Shown: positions 1-9,952 of the stretch, piece by piece | Layout: every line of letters starts with the position of its first letter | Position numbering within the stretch: the first letter of the stretch is position 1 | DNA from: a virus | DNA: 64,000 nt | Virus record (IMG/VR): IMGVR_UViG_3300045996_001561 | Span: 15,345 to 79,344 of that record | Direction: 5' to 3' (one strand) | Notes under the pieces: generated by a model | Seen by the model: only the letters and a program-made list of their open reading frames with translations | Database searches by the model: none | Told to the model about the DNA's origin: nothing | Translations under genes and position numbers: made by a program

Positions 1-786
1 GTTGTCGGCCGAGGTTCCCACGTTGCCGTCGCCGTTCAGGAGAACGTCAATGGCCTGAGCAACCCGGTCGGCCTCAACCTGCAACGCCGCCTTGGCGACG
101 AAGATCCCGACCTTGTCGATGGGCACGCGCCGGATCGCCTCGTAGGAGATCTCGATGCCCCGCCCATACTTGTAGAGCCGAACCAGTTGTTCGCTGGTTT
201 CGATCTTCGCCCGAGGAATATCGGCCGTCTCACCGATACGCAGCAGGCGCACGTCCGCAGCAGCGGGGTCGTTGAGATAGGCGCGTCGGTAGACGTCGCC
301 ATCGATCTGGCTCTGGAAGGCCAGGAGATCGGAGAGCGCGATCCCCGGGGTCAGCGTCTGGGAGTACAACCCCCCGGAGGCTTCCACGTAGGGGCGCTGC
401 AGCGACCCGATGACCGACTCACCCGACTCGATCACGCGGCGCTGTGGTACCTGTGGGACGTACCCATCGGCCCGCGCCTCACGATAGACCCGGTTCATCC
501 ACTCCGGAAGGAGGGCGCGACCCGTGTCATCCTCGTAGATATCCTCAACCCGGTCGGCCCAGATGCCTTCCCGGGGTGAGCTGCGGAAGCGGAACCCTGA
601 CGCCTGCAGCACGCGGCCAAAGGCGTTGAGCTTGCGATCCTCACCATCCCACTGATGCGAGGGATCCTCGTCCTCAAGGAATTGGGTGAGGGTCTTTTTC
701 TCGGTTGCCGCCTCACGGTAATAGACCGGGAGGTTCTTCAGAATCTCTCCGGGCCGCTCCCGAAAGTTGGAAACGTTCAGTCTCAT
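1..786 (-). CDS. Major capsid protein (HK97-fold), 5' part; runs off the window start
   Basis: Manual translation from ATG at 786 (SD GGAGGG): MRLNVSNFRERPGE...RIGETADIPRAKIETSEQLVRLYKYGRGIEISYEAIRRVPIDKV, with no stop before base 1. It follows scaffold and decoration genes. Absent from the ORF track because truncated. Confidence 0.85.
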   Translation of the reverse strand, partial: MRLNVSNFRERPGEILKNLPVYYREAATEKKTLTQFLEDEDPSHQWDGEDRKLNAFGRVLQASGFRFRSSPREGIWADRVEDIYEDDTGRALLPEWMNRVYREARADGYVPQVPQRRVIESGESVIGSLQRPYVEASGGLYSQTLTPGIALSDLLAFQSQIDGDVYRRAYLNDPAAADVRLLRIGETADIPRAKIETSEQLVRLYKYGRGIEISYEAIRRVPIDKVGIFVAKAALQVEADRVAQAIDVLLNGDGNVGTSADN

Positions 787-834
787 GATGTAGCCCTCCG
801 CGACTCGCGGTCGCGCCGTTAGCCCTTCAGGCTC

Positions 835-1278
835 TTATGCGCCGAGGTAGACGCTGATCGCGGTCGACACCGCGTCATCCTCAACCCGGTGCCGACCGGC
901 CAGCGCCGTGGTGCCGGATGTGCCAGCAGCGGGGCCAATGTAGCCACGCGCCGAGGCAGGCCCAAGCGCGCCCACGATGCGATCGCCGCGCACGACGTCA
1001 ACCGCGTCACCCTGGGGGAGCTTGCACTCGCCCTCGGTCTGGACAACCACGGAGCCGTCGCCCTCGACGTGATCGAGGCGTCCGAGGATGGCCTGCCCTG
1101 CGGCCGACAGTTCCACGGCATCCTGCGTCCCGACAACGTGCGACACGGCACGACCGGCAACGGCCGATCCATTGGCTGCCGTGGCGTCAAAAACAATCGT
1201 CGACCCATCGGCCTTGAAGGTTTCGGCGCGATAGCCAATCCCGTCCCGAGGGCCAGTGATCAATCTCGGATTCGCCAT
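835..1278 (-). CDS. Head decoration / capsid cement protein
   Basis: 147 aa, Gly/Ala/Val-rich and beta-rich, between scaffold and MCP. Confidence 0.65.
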   Translation of the reverse strand: MANPRLITGPRDGIGYRAETFKADGSTIVFDATAANGSAVAGRAVSHVVGTQDAVELSAAGQAILGRLDHVEGDGSVVVQTEGECKLPQGDAVDVVRGDRIVGALGPASARGYIGPAAGTSGTTALAGRHRVEDDAVSTAISVYLGA

Positions 1279-1312
1279 GATGGTACTCCCTCACACCCGG
1301 AAACCGGGGTGT

Positions 1313-2797
1313 CTATCCGATCAGGTGGGCGGGCGTGCGTCCGCGCTTGCGGGCCGGTCGATCGGCAGGCGTCTCTGGCTCTTCCTCGCTCGTGACCACA
1401 TCGCGCGTGGCGCGACCGGCCTCAAAGGGGGAACGCTCGTCCAGATCCGCAATCATGCGCTTGACGCCGTCGATATCCTCAACGGCCGCATAGCGCCGAA
1501 ACCGCTTCTGCTCCGCTTCCGCCGCATGTGCGCCGTAGACGCGCACGACTGCCGCGTCGAGGTCTTTGAGCAACCCCTCGCGGAAGTCCCGCCCATCCTT
1601 GGCCTCGCGCTCAAGACTCTCCAACCGCTCGTTCTGCTCCAGAACGGAGGTTGCGAGAGACTCGATGCACTCGTAGGGATCCTCGCCAAGCTCGATCCCC
1701 TTGTCGCGGAACGAGACCCGGAGCCGCTCCATCGGATCCTGCTCGACCGCCGAGGACGCCTTTGCGCGATCCTCCCGACTGAGATTGATGACCGTGGCCC
1801 GCTTGGTGACCGGAGCCGGGTTCGCTCCCTCACCCTGGTCGGCACCCCGCTCTTCAGCGTTCGGCTCGACAACCTCGGCCTCGGTATCATCGACAACGGT
1901 CGCCTTGGTGGTTCGTGCGCTCATGATGTTGAGATCCCTTTCCACCGCGTAGACGCGGCCCTCCGGTGCGATCCGCACCCGATACGTGTTCTCAAGGATT
2001 TGGCGATCCAGATCCGATAGCTCGCCTCGGGCTGAGGCAATACGGGCCATGTCAACAGCGACGATCCCCGCCCCCGGGGTCGCGCCGTCATAGACCGTCG
2101 AGACCTCGTTGAGGTGACCCTCGTCGATGCGGAAGATGGCAGTGATCTTCTCGACCTTGCGCCCCTTCTCCACATCGTAGGTGATGCCGGGGTAGTGTGT
2201 GCAACGCTCCGGGTCATCCCAATCCAACTCCCACCGCTTCAGGAGGTCGCCGTTGCAGATGTTGCAGATCATGGCCCCGGGGGTGAATCCGATGCTGACA
2301 TCGGCGTAGATCCCCGACCGCGCCCCAGCAATGAACTGGTCGCTGGTCATATTGCCACATTGCAACCCAGGGATCGTGTAGAAGTCGATCAGGCAGGATC
2401 GCTCCTTGGCGGGGCCAATGACCTCTCCCTGCAGGGAGCGACCGAATCCCACCTGACCGGCCTCGCCGCCCCCGAAGAAGCCGCTGGTTCCCGCGCCGTT
2501 GTGGCTGACCTGAAACTGGACGCCCGGGTCGGTCGCATCGGCCGCGTAGTTGCGAAGCGATCCGTCCGACATATAGGTGAAGTAGCTGTCGACCTTGGTG
2601 TTGCTGGCGCGCACGTTGAAGAAGAAGGGAGTGACCGCATCCTCGCCGTCAAAGATATCGGGATCCGGCGCGCGGCGGCGTACCAGATCCATGAGCGACT
2701 CGCGCTCTTTGGCGGTGAGCTTGCTTGCGGCCCGGACATGCAGTGCGCCATGCGCGCGGTAGACCGCGTTGTCCATTCCCGGTTCGGTTTCTGCCAT
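1313..2797 (-). CDS. Prohead protease/scaffold fusion
   Basis: N-terminal protease-like region (SHN, DVSIGF, CNIC, CTH, EVSTVYDGA) and acidic coiled-coil C-terminus; SD CGGAGG before ATG 2797. Confidence 0.75.
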   Translation of the reverse strand: MAETEPGMDNAVYRAHGALHVRAASKLTAKERESLMDLVRRRAPDPDIFDGEDAVTPFFFNVRASNTKVDSYFTYMSDGSLRNYAADATDPGVQFQVSHNGAGTSGFFGGGEAGQVGFGRSLQGEVIGPAKERSCLIDFYTIPGLQCGNMTSDQFIAGARSGIYADVSIGFTPGAMICNICNGDLLKRWELDWDDPERCTHYPGITYDVEKGRKVEKITAIFRIDEGHLNEVSTVYDGATPGAGIVAVDMARIASARGELSDLDRQILENTYRVRIAPEGRVYAVERDLNIMSARTTKATVVDDTEAEVVEPNAEERGADQGEGANPAPVTKRATVINLSREDRAKASSAVEQDPMERLRVSFRDKGIELGEDPYECIESLATSVLEQNERLESLEREAKDGRDFREGLLKDLDAAVVRVYGAHAAEAEQKRFRRYAAVEDIDGVKRMIADLDERSPFEAGRATRDVVTSEEEPETPADRPARKRGRTPAHLIG

Positions 2798-2937
2798 AGC
2801 AAAGCCTCCGAAATCCATGCCGGATCACGGCGGCGGCAGTCGAGTTCCGGACGAACGCGGCATCCCGAAGGGGGAACGCTCACGTGTCTGGGGGAGCGGG
2901 TTACTCCCTCGACACCTGTCACGCCTCTAAGTGCGGG

Positions 2938-2967
2938 ATACTAGCAGAGGATTTATCGCGCTGTCTA
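2938..2967 (-). promoter_or_regulatory. Degenerate sigma70-like promoter for the head operon
   Basis: TAGACA-N18-TAGTAT with TGC before the -10, ~140 nt upstream of the scaffold start. Confidence 0.45.
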
Positions 2968-2993
2968 GGATGCGTCGGAACGAGGACGCGGGG

Positions 2994-3539
2994 TTAGGAG
3001 CGTTTTCTGCTCCTGCGGCGCTTCTTCCTGGCCTTTCCGCCCCATACCGTCTTGAGCTTCCAGATATCGAATGGCCCGGGCGTCTCGCGCCACCCGTGGA
3101 CGCACGAATCTTCGCGGCACCCGTAACAGTCCTTGATGCCGGTCAGAATGTGCATGAACTCATGGCAGGCCACGATGCGCTGGCGTCTGGGATCAAGGGG
3201 GATGGTGTCGGTAACGAGGATCTTCCCCACCCCGGGACTCAGCGTCCAAGCAAGACCGGCATATTGGTCACCGGGGTTACCGGAGCAGGTATCGATATCC
3301 TCGGGGCACACCCCTGTTGGGTGTCGCTCGTAGACCAGCCTCGGCCCCTTGCTGGGCATGACGGCGTTGAAGTCGTCGACCACCTGGGGGATGATCCCGT
3401 TCCAGAGAACCGATGTGTAGTCCTTGACGTGGACGACCGGCCGGACGAAGGTCGTCGTTCGCTTCTTCTTCGCCTCGGCCCCCACAAAGGGGAGTGCCGC
3501 TAGGGCTGCTAGAACACGCCGTCGATCGATCACCGCCAC
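2994..3539 (-). CDS. Secreted (Tat-signal) zinc metallopeptidase, matrixin-like
   Basis: IDRRRVLAALAALP..AEA signal; ACHEFMHILTG HExxH motif; polybasic C-terminus. Confidence 0.65.
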   Translation of the reverse strand: MAVIDRRRVLAALAALPFVGAEAKKKRTTTFVRPVVHVKDYTSVLWNGIIPQVVDDFNAVMPSKGPRLVYERHPTGVCPEDIDTCSGNPGDQYAGLAWTLSPGVGKILVTDTIPLDPRRQRIVACHEFMHILTGIKDCYGCREDSCVHGWRETPGPFDIWKLKTVWGGKARKKRRRSRKRS

Positions 3540-3686
3540 CCCCGGGGTATGGCAATGCCGCCAGGGCGATCAGTCCCAGCGGCATTGCCCGGTACAAAAG
3601 TGTGTCATCCCATGATGGTAGTAGGGCAGGAGTCGTCCGACGAGTTGCCGCTCCACCTGACGCCTCCCAACCCGACTACGCCCATG

Positions 3687-3715
3687 ATATTACCATATGC
3701 GAGGGAGTTTGTCAA
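3687..3715 (-). promoter_or_regulatory. sigma70-type promoter
   Basis: TTGACA-N17(ends TGG)-TAATAT. Confidence 0.8.
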
Positions 3716-3813
3716 TGGCAGGGGCGGGGCGTTCAGGTGGGATGCAGACACCCGAACCCCCCGACACCCTTACGCACCCGGAGGTACGGCCGCTTGGGGA
3801 AACGGCGAGAAAA

Positions 3814-4074
3814 CTATAACTTGCCCTGCTGCCTCGGATCATTTCGCATGCCGACCATCCGCATGCCAATTTCCAACCCGGTGGCATCCGGATCGAGGTC
3901 GTGGATATCGGCGTCAGGGATGGTGATCGTCTGGGCGTAGTGCTTGACGAAGGCCAGCTTGCCATCCTGCACCAGGGAACCGGCAATCACCAGGGCGACC
4001 TCGATGCCGCTGTCGGTGATGGTGGTGCCGTTAATCGCCACGCTCAGGTTGCGGGCGGGTAGGTTGCGGTTCAT
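3814..4074 (-). CDS. Hypothetical protein (moron)
   Basis: SD CGGAGG; overlaps the stop of the upstream ORF. Confidence 0.6.
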   Translation of the reverse strand: MNRNLPARNLSVAINGTTITDSGIEVALVIAGSLVQDGKLAFVKHYAQTITIPDADIHDLDPDATGLEIGMRMVGMRNDPRQQGKL

Positions 4075-4532
4075 GTTTTCCTCCGTGCTTCATCCTCGAC
4101 CCAGGTTGCCTCGTAGAACCGTCGCTCGGCCCCGGGAAACCGCCTGACAGCATAGCAACGCATCCCGATAGGGGACGCCGCCTCGGGAGAGCAGACGATC
4201 TCGACCTCGGTATTGTGGGGCGCGGGCGGGGTAAAGACCCAGGAGACGGCCGCGCCGTCACCCATGAGGGCTTTGGTCTGCCCGGGCATCACCCGTGGTG
4301 ACGGCACACGCGGCCCGGGATCCCCAAAACGAAACGCCAGCGACTTCTCTTCCTCCGTGGGTCGCCGCAGGGCAATGGATCCCCACTCGTTGACCTCAGC
4401 CACAGCAACGCCGGACATATGCAGGAGGGCTGCCGCCATATTGGCAAGGTGGACGTCGACCGATGCCTGGAATGGGGTGATTTCTTCGCCCAGATCGATC
4501 GCCACCGCATCCGGGTCGGGTGGTTCGCTCAT
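4071..4532 (-). CDS. Hypothetical protein
   Basis: ATGA-coupled within the moron operon. Confidence 0.6.
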   Translation of the reverse strand: MSEPPDPDAVAIDLGEEITPFQASVDVHLANMAAALLHMSGVAVAEVNEWGSIALRRPTEEEKSLAFRFGDPGPRVPSPRVMPGQTKALMGDGAAVSWVFTPPAPHNTEVEIVCSPEAASPIGMRCYAVRRFPGAERRFYEATWVEDEARRKT

Positions 4533-4837
4533 CCCTTGATCCCCATCCCTTCCTTGACCTTTTCGTAGACCATCACCTTGTACTCTTCGGTCAGGACGCG
4601 GGCATAGTCATGCGGGATGCCGCTGTCGATAAGCTCCTTGTAGAAGGCTCCCAGCATGCGCCCAAAGGTCACGCTGGCATCGATGGCAGCGACGGATCCG
4701 GGGTTGATGGGTGATGGGTTGGCGGCAATGGCCTGCTCGTAGGTCTTGTCGGGAACTCCCGGGACAGCATCGCTAATCAGGGGATCCTGTTTCTTCTGGG
4801 AGTCCTTCTGCATCCGATAGTCGAACCCTGCCGTCAT
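4529..4837 (-). CDS. Hypothetical protein
   Basis: Start MTAGFDYR, coupled to the upstream stop. Confidence 0.6.
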   Translation of the reverse strand: MTAGFDYRMQKDSQKKQDPLISDAVPGVPDKTYEQAIAANPSPINPGSVAAIDASVTFGRMLGAFYKELIDSGIPHDYARVLTEEYKVMVYEKVKEGMGIKG

Positions 4838-5211
4838 CTCGTCCCCCCCATCGCCACGCGACGTGCCTGCTCCAGCAGCAAGCCCACACCCTCGATCTTC
4901 TTGAGCGACTCGTTGAGCCACTCGTCATGCTCCCCTGCGGGGATCTCGTAGATGTGCCACACGAACTCCGCACCAGCCCGCCGCTCCTGCAGCGAGTCGA
5001 TGTAGCGCCCTCGCTCCGGTTCGGGGAATCCGGTACCCATGATTTTGAAGCGGCGAATCTCCATCTCCGCTTCGGTATCGACCTTCGCCCAGATGGTCGG
5101 GGTTTCGTTCTGAATCGAGAGCTTCAGAACGATGGCCTCTTTCGGCATCTGGACGATGGCGATGTCGTTTTCGAGGTTGAATTGCAGCGGATACTTCCAG
5201 ATGGTCAGCAT
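4834..5211 (-). CDS. Conserved small phage protein (DUF7352-like)
   Basis: MLTIWKYPL..VQMP..A.VL....Q...PTIWA.VD....GTG....FVWHIYE pattern. Confidence 0.65.
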   Translation of the reverse strand: MLTIWKYPLQFNLENDIAIVQMPKEAIVLKLSIQNETPTIWAKVDTEAEMEIRRFKIMGTGFPEPERGRYIDSLQERRAGAEFVWHIYEIPAGEHDEWLNESLKKIEGVGLLLEQARRVAMGGTR

Positions 5212-5349
5212 CACTCCCCCAAGCGCATGCGTAAAGCGGTGACAGGTGACGCCTGTGAAACATCCCCCGCCACCGCCCGTATCAATCTCGGGCCAATGCC
5301 CACGCCCCCGCTCCGCAGTGGCGCGTACACCGCGCCTCCGATTGTCCGT

Positions 5350-5378
5350 ACAATACCATGATGGCAGGGATTTGTCAA
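5350..5378 (-). promoter_or_regulatory. sigma70-type promoter
   Basis: TTGACA-N17(TGG)-TATTGT. Confidence 0.75.
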
Positions 5379-5465
5379 CCCCGCTTCTGGCGATCGACCC
5401 AGGTCATGATGCTGTCGTAGGATACGGCAAAGAGCCAGGAGGCGACCGCCAGTCCCAGGAGACCC

Positions 5466-5807
5466 CTACCAATCCAGAAGCCGACGCGCGACATCCTGCT
5501 CCCCATCCTTCCAGACCACATCCCGCTTCCCAATCACATCATCAGGTGGGGCGTTGGATGCCGGATTGGCGCGCGTGCGCGGCGGTGGGTTCGCCACCTT
5601 CTCGGCCCCAGCGGGTACCGGGGCCAGCGCCCGGACGTTCGGGTTCGGGTTCCGCTCGTAGACGACGGTGCCACAGGCACGACAGGTCACACGGAGAAGC
5701 CCGGGGGCGTTCTCAAACACCACCTTGGTGGGACACTTCGGGCATGGCAGGCTGTAGATCTGGCCCATCGTCGCTGCCCATCGTGCGTAAAACTGCTCCG
5801 TCGTCAC
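5466..5807 (-). CDS. Zinc-ribbon protein (Com-like CxxC..CxxC); start uncertain (5807 or 5768)
   Basis: LPCPKCPTKVVFENAPGLLRVTCRACGTVVY; overlaps the portal 3' end. Confidence 0.5.
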   Translation of the reverse strand: MTTEQFYARWAATMGQIYSLPCPKCPTKVVFENAPGLLRVTCRACGTVVYERNPNPNVRALAPVPAGAEKVANPPPRTRANPASNAPPDDVIGKRDVVWKDGEQDVARRLLDW

Positions 5808-7704
5808 CGCGCCCATTCGCCTCGGTGGTGTCAAGGATAGCGGATTCGCGGGTGTGGCGATAGTCTGCGGGGATCGACACCGTCCCATTCGCATCCACCG
5901 TGCCACGCAGGCGCTTCGGTTCCGGAAGGCGACCGCTAATGCGCGCCATCGCGTACGCCACCCCGAGGGCGATGTTGGGGTTCTCCATCGATTGCAGGAA
6001 TCGCGCGAAATCGGCATCCGATATCCGGTTAACACCATCATCGCCCTGGATGTCATCTTCATCCTCGGTATCGCCATCGATGACCCCACCCTTCCCCTGG
6101 GGATCGTCGGTGGTGTCCTCGGGTGGCGGGTCGTTGCCCACCGCACCGATCGAGGTTTCCTCGGGTGCCGGGTGCCCCCAGGTGTAGATGGCCCCCTCGT
6201 CGTGGGTGATGTAGCCCAGAAGCTCCGAGGCTTCGGCATTCTCGATCTTCTGAAAGAGCGTCTGGGCGTCCCGCAATTCCTCGGCCGCGCGAAGCTCCTT
6301 GAAGCGGAATCGGGCCACGGCGGCGATCCCCTGCGCTTCCAGACCCAAGGTCAGCACGCTACTGAGCGCTTCCTCGGCCAGCCCCTGAATGGCCTTGATC
6401 CCCTGGACGTGAACCTCCCACTGCCGGTTGGCGTTGGCCTCGCTGACCCCTTCGGGCATGCCGAAGAGGAGCGGCATGCTTTTCAGTGCCCGGATCGCCA
6501 TCCGTTCCAGCACACTGACCAGGGCGTCAACCCCATCCAGACTGCCGATGGCTCCCACCGGCGTGCCGAAGGTGATGGTGCTGCTATGCACCCAGGCTTG
6601 GTCGGGTGCGAGGTCGCTGTAGCTGGCGGCAACTTGATTGACCGCCTCATCGACCATCGCTTTGACCTTGGCCGGGTCTTGCTGATCCTCGATCGGCATG
6701 GCGGCAATGAGTTGTTCGATGTCGATCATGATGTCGAGGCGCGGCCAGCCCTGCTGGGCCACCACACGCCGGGCATCAAGGAGCATGGTGATCAGAAAGA
6801 GGGCCGGGAACAGCCCCGGTGCGACCGGCGACGTCCCGTAGGGGGTATCGGGAAGGGGGTCGATGGGGATGTATTTGATCGTCGGTCGGTCGAGGACGAC
6901 CTCGTCCCGCCCCGTTCCCTGCACTAACTGGTATTTCTGCCCCCCGATATCGGGGTCATCGACCAGCTTGAAGCGGGCACTGTAGGCATCGGGGATGACC
7001 AGATCGGCAAAGGTGCGGGCATCGCGGGCCAGCACAAGCTCTAAAAAGAGCGCCCCCCGGATGTAGCCGTTGGTCAGGAGGCGGTTCCAGACCACATCGA
7101 CGGCTCCGTGGCGGCGGGAAAGCTGCAGCATGCAGGCATCGAGGTACTCCTGCCCGGCCGGGTTGGGGGTCTCGGTTCCCGGGGTGAGGGCTTTCAGTTC
7201 CCAGCCGGGGTTGGCCATCCGCAGATAGTCGTAATAGGCGCGACTCATCTCGGGGGAGATGCGCACCATGCGCGCGATCAGGTCGGCAGGCGACATGCGG
7301 CGCAGTTCGTCGGCGCTGAGGTTCTCCAGCCGCCACTCACCCGCCTCCGGTGGGTTGACCTGCTGTCCGACGCGCGGGGCGCCGATCATCTTGGTCAGGC
7401 GACCGCCCTGCAGCGGCTTGGTGCTGATGGGTTCCAGCAGAATGTTGACCGCACGGGAGGCAACCATAGGCCGGGGTCGTTCTGGGGGAGGGGAGATGGC
7501 CCGGTCGTGCGACTCGATGCGGCCTTTGACCTGCGCGATGCGGCGGCGCATGGTCTGCCGGTGCAGCCCATAGTGGCGCTGGATCCAGCTATAGGTCTTG
7601 CCCTCGCGCAGGAATTGCTCGATTTCGGCGTAATGCGCCTCAATCTGGGCGCTCGTCATCTTGTCGAGGTTCTTGATATCCCCGGTCGCGGTGGGTTCTG
7701 ACAC
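5713..7704 (-). CDS. Portal protein
   Basis: 663 aa directly after TerL; DTPYGTSPVAP and GWPRLD motifs; acidic tail. Confidence 0.8.
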   Translation of the reverse strand: MSEPTATGDIKNLDKMTSAQIEAHYAEIEQFLREGKTYSWIQRHYGLHRQTMRRRIAQVKGRIESHDRAISPPPERPRPMVASRAVNILLEPISTKPLQGGRLTKMIGAPRVGQQVNPPEAGEWRLENLSADELRRMSPADLIARMVRISPEMSRAYYDYLRMANPGWELKALTPGTETPNPAGQEYLDACMLQLSRRHGAVDVVWNRLLTNGYIRGALFLELVLARDARTFADLVIPDAYSARFKLVDDPDIGGQKYQLVQGTGRDEVVLDRPTIKYIPIDPLPDTPYGTSPVAPGLFPALFLITMLLDARRVVAQQGWPRLDIMIDIEQLIAAMPIEDQQDPAKVKAMVDEAVNQVAASYSDLAPDQAWVHSSTITFGTPVGAIGSLDGVDALVSVLERMAIRALKSMPLLFGMPEGVSEANANRQWEVHVQGIKAIQGLAEEALSSVLTLGLEAQGIAAVARFRFKELRAAEELRDAQTLFQKIENAEASELLGYITHDEGAIYTWGHPAPEETSIGAVGNDPPPEDTTDDPQGKGGVIDGDTEDEDDIQGDDGVNRISDADFARFLQSMENPNIALGVAYAMARISGRLPEPKRLRGTVDANGTVSIPADYRHTRESAILDTTEANGRGDDGAVLRTMGSDDGPDLQPAMPEVSHQGGV

Positions 7705-7719
7705 CTGTTCTCTCCCCGA

Positions 7720-9237
7720 CTAGAGCCGCCCCCACTTGGCCGTAGCATACCCGGTCGAAATAACCCCAATCGGCTTGACCTCGTCGGGAGGCGGGTCGTA
7801 GAAGGCCAGGGCAATGGAATCCCCGAAGTCCGACGACCGGCCCGTGCGCTTGCGAAAGTCGTCTTTTGGCTCCACCACCGGCTGCGTGTGGCGACCGTCG
7901 ATGCGCCCCTGCAGCGCGCTCAGGTCGGCTTCGACCTCGGGCACGATGGTGCCAAAGATATCGCCGTTGCGGAACCGATCGGCCAGCAACCCGTAGGATT
8001 CGGAGCGTTGGTTGATGTATTTCTCCTTGTCGTGGGGCACTTTACTGAAGTTGACCCCCACCACCCGCAGGTTCATGCCGCGTTCCTTGACGACGTGGCG
8101 CATCACATCGTAGACCCCGACCCCCAATCCGATGATATCGACCTTGATGCGGGTCGTCTCGGGCTGGTGTTTGCTGATCAGATCGAGGGTTGCCCCAACG
8201 GTTTGCCACGATTCATTGCCCGGAACGGGCCAGGATCCGACCACTTGCGCCCCCGCACGCAGGGTCAGGGCGCTGCGATCGTTGCCATCCCGGGCCACAT
8301 CCAGCCCCGCTTCCTGGGGAAACCCGGCATACATGCCGTCATCGAAGCCCCGATTCTTGGCCGCTTCGATCATGGCCACCGAGATCATCACCCCTTCGGC
8401 ACTCACCCAGCGGGCATAGACCCGGGACTGGACGTAGGGTGACTCGATGCCGTACTTGCGGATGGTGTTGTTGACCCACTGCTCGGTGATCAGTCCCTTC
8501 CACCGCGTCTGCCCGGGCATGAGGAAGTTGGGGGTATCCTCCCAGGCATAGACCATCGTGTGATAGAGGTCGCGGGCACTGTGGTGGCTGTCATAGAAGG
8601 GGCCACTCGTCGATGTCGGGTTGCCGATCATGAGCATGCGCGAATTCTCGGTCGTCATCGCGGCCTGCAGACCGTCGATGAGCATCGTCGGCACCCCGGC
8701 CCCCTCGTCGATGATGACCAGAATGTTCTCGGCATGGAACCCCTGGGTCGGATCCGTCTCCTGATCGGACGGCTTGAACCCCATCGCGTACCAATCCTCG
8801 GCAATATCGTAGCGCGTGGTGAGGGGTTTGGCCCCCAGCAGCGGCACCTTGGCCCTGCGGTGGATCGCGCGGATGTTGCGCCACAGCACATGCTCGACCT
8901 GTCGTCCGGTGGGTGCGGTACTGAGGACGATGGAGTTTTCAAAGCAATGGAGGAAGGTGATGCCAATCGCGGCGGTAATGAAGGTTTTGCCGATCCCGTG
9001 GCAGGAGGCCACGGAGGTGTATTGATGCTCCCAGACGGCCCGGGTGATATCCTCCTGCCCCCACCACGGGTCGATCCCCAGCACTTCGCGCTGGAACTGC
9101 ACCGGATCCTTCGGGTAGTCCCGGTTGACGGCGATCTGACTGGCCGTGGCCGACCGGATGGCCATGACCATGCGATCCCCGACGCTCATGGGGGGAGCAA
9201 TCTCCGGGGAGCGCAGATCCTTGATGGTGGTTTTCAC
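7720..9237 (-). CDS. terL: Terminase large subunit
   Basis: Walker A SCHGIGKT, Walker B IIDEG, coupling motif IGNP, nuclease motifs GLDVARDGND and SSDFGDSIALA. Confidence 0.95.
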   Translation of the reverse strand: MKTTIKDLRSPEIAPPMSVGDRMVMAIRSATASQIAVNRDYPKDPVQFQREVLGIDPWWGQEDITRAVWEHQYTSVASCHGIGKTFITAAIGITFLHCFENSIVLSTAPTGRQVEHVLWRNIRAIHRRAKVPLLGAKPLTTRYDIAEDWYAMGFKPSDQETDPTQGFHAENILVIIDEGAGVPTMLIDGLQAAMTTENSRMLMIGNPTSTSGPFYDSHHSARDLYHTMVYAWEDTPNFLMPGQTRWKGLITEQWVNNTIRKYGIESPYVQSRVYARWVSAEGVMISVAMIEAAKNRGFDDGMYAGFPQEAGLDVARDGNDRSALTLRAGAQVVGSWPVPGNESWQTVGATLDLISKHQPETTRIKVDIIGLGVGVYDVMRHVVKERGMNLRVVGVNFSKVPHDKEKYINQRSESYGLLADRFRNGDIFGTIVPEVEADLSALQGRIDGRHTQPVVEPKDDFRKRTGRSSDFGDSIALAFYDPPPDEVKPIGVISTGYATAKWGRL

Positions 9238-9947
9238 GACGAGAGCGCCCCGGCATGCATGCTTGGTCGCTTCCGCAGGGCGGCGATGGCTCCATCCTCG
9301 ATGGTTTGCAGCGCCCGCTTATCGGTGACATTGGCCGCGACGATCTGCATGACCTCGGTGACGAACCCGACCGCCTGATCGGCACTGACCAGGGCGTTCA
9401 TATCCATGAGCCGCTTCTGCTCCTGGGCAATGAGCCGTCCCTGCATGTGCATGGCCTTATACAGATCGTCCCAGACGCGATAGTCCTGATCGGCATCACT
9501 CAACAACCGCCCCAGGTCGTCGATCGCCTCGGCATAGCCCACCTTATCCTGTTGCGCCTGGGCACGCTTGAGGGAGCGGAAGGTGTCCTTGACATCCTTC
9601 CACCGCGTCTGGGCCTCACCAGTCGTCAATCGTTGGATCAGTTGCTTGATGCGGGTCTGGACAAGAGCGATCTCGTCCCGAAGTTGCAGCAGTTCCGGAT
9701 CCGCGCGGGCCGTCTCAAAGGCGTCGATCAGGTCGTAGGGCAGCCCTTCGGAGTAGCCCTTGCCCTTGAAGTTGGGATGGGCAATCCCCTTCAGGGCTTT
9801 CCCTCCGTGCAGGCGACAGCGGCCGTTGCTCATGGCCGGTTGGTCGCACGGATCGCCGGTGCGTTTCTCCTTCGCGCCGCACTTGGGGACACGGTCAAAA
9901 TTGTTGACGACCGCTTTTTCTCGGGCATGGGGGATGGTGTCGGACAT
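9234..9947 (-). CDS. terS: Terminase small subunit-like protein (HGGxSTG domain)
   Basis: CGAK..TGDPC.QPAMSNGRCRLHGG plus helical C-terminus; coupled to terL. Confidence 0.75.
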   Translation of the reverse strand: MSDTIPHAREKAVVNNFDRVPKCGAKEKRTGDPCDQPAMSNGRCRLHGGKALKGIAHPNFKGKGYSEGLPYDLIDAFETARADPELLQLRDEIALVQTRIKQLIQRLTTGEAQTRWKDVKDTFRSLKRAQAQQDKVGYAEAIDDLGRLLSDADQDYRVWDDLYKAMHMQGRLIAQEQKRLMDMNALVSADQAVGFVTEVMQIVAANVTDKRALQTIEDGAIAALRKRPSMHAGALSS

Positions 9948-9952
9948 GTCCC

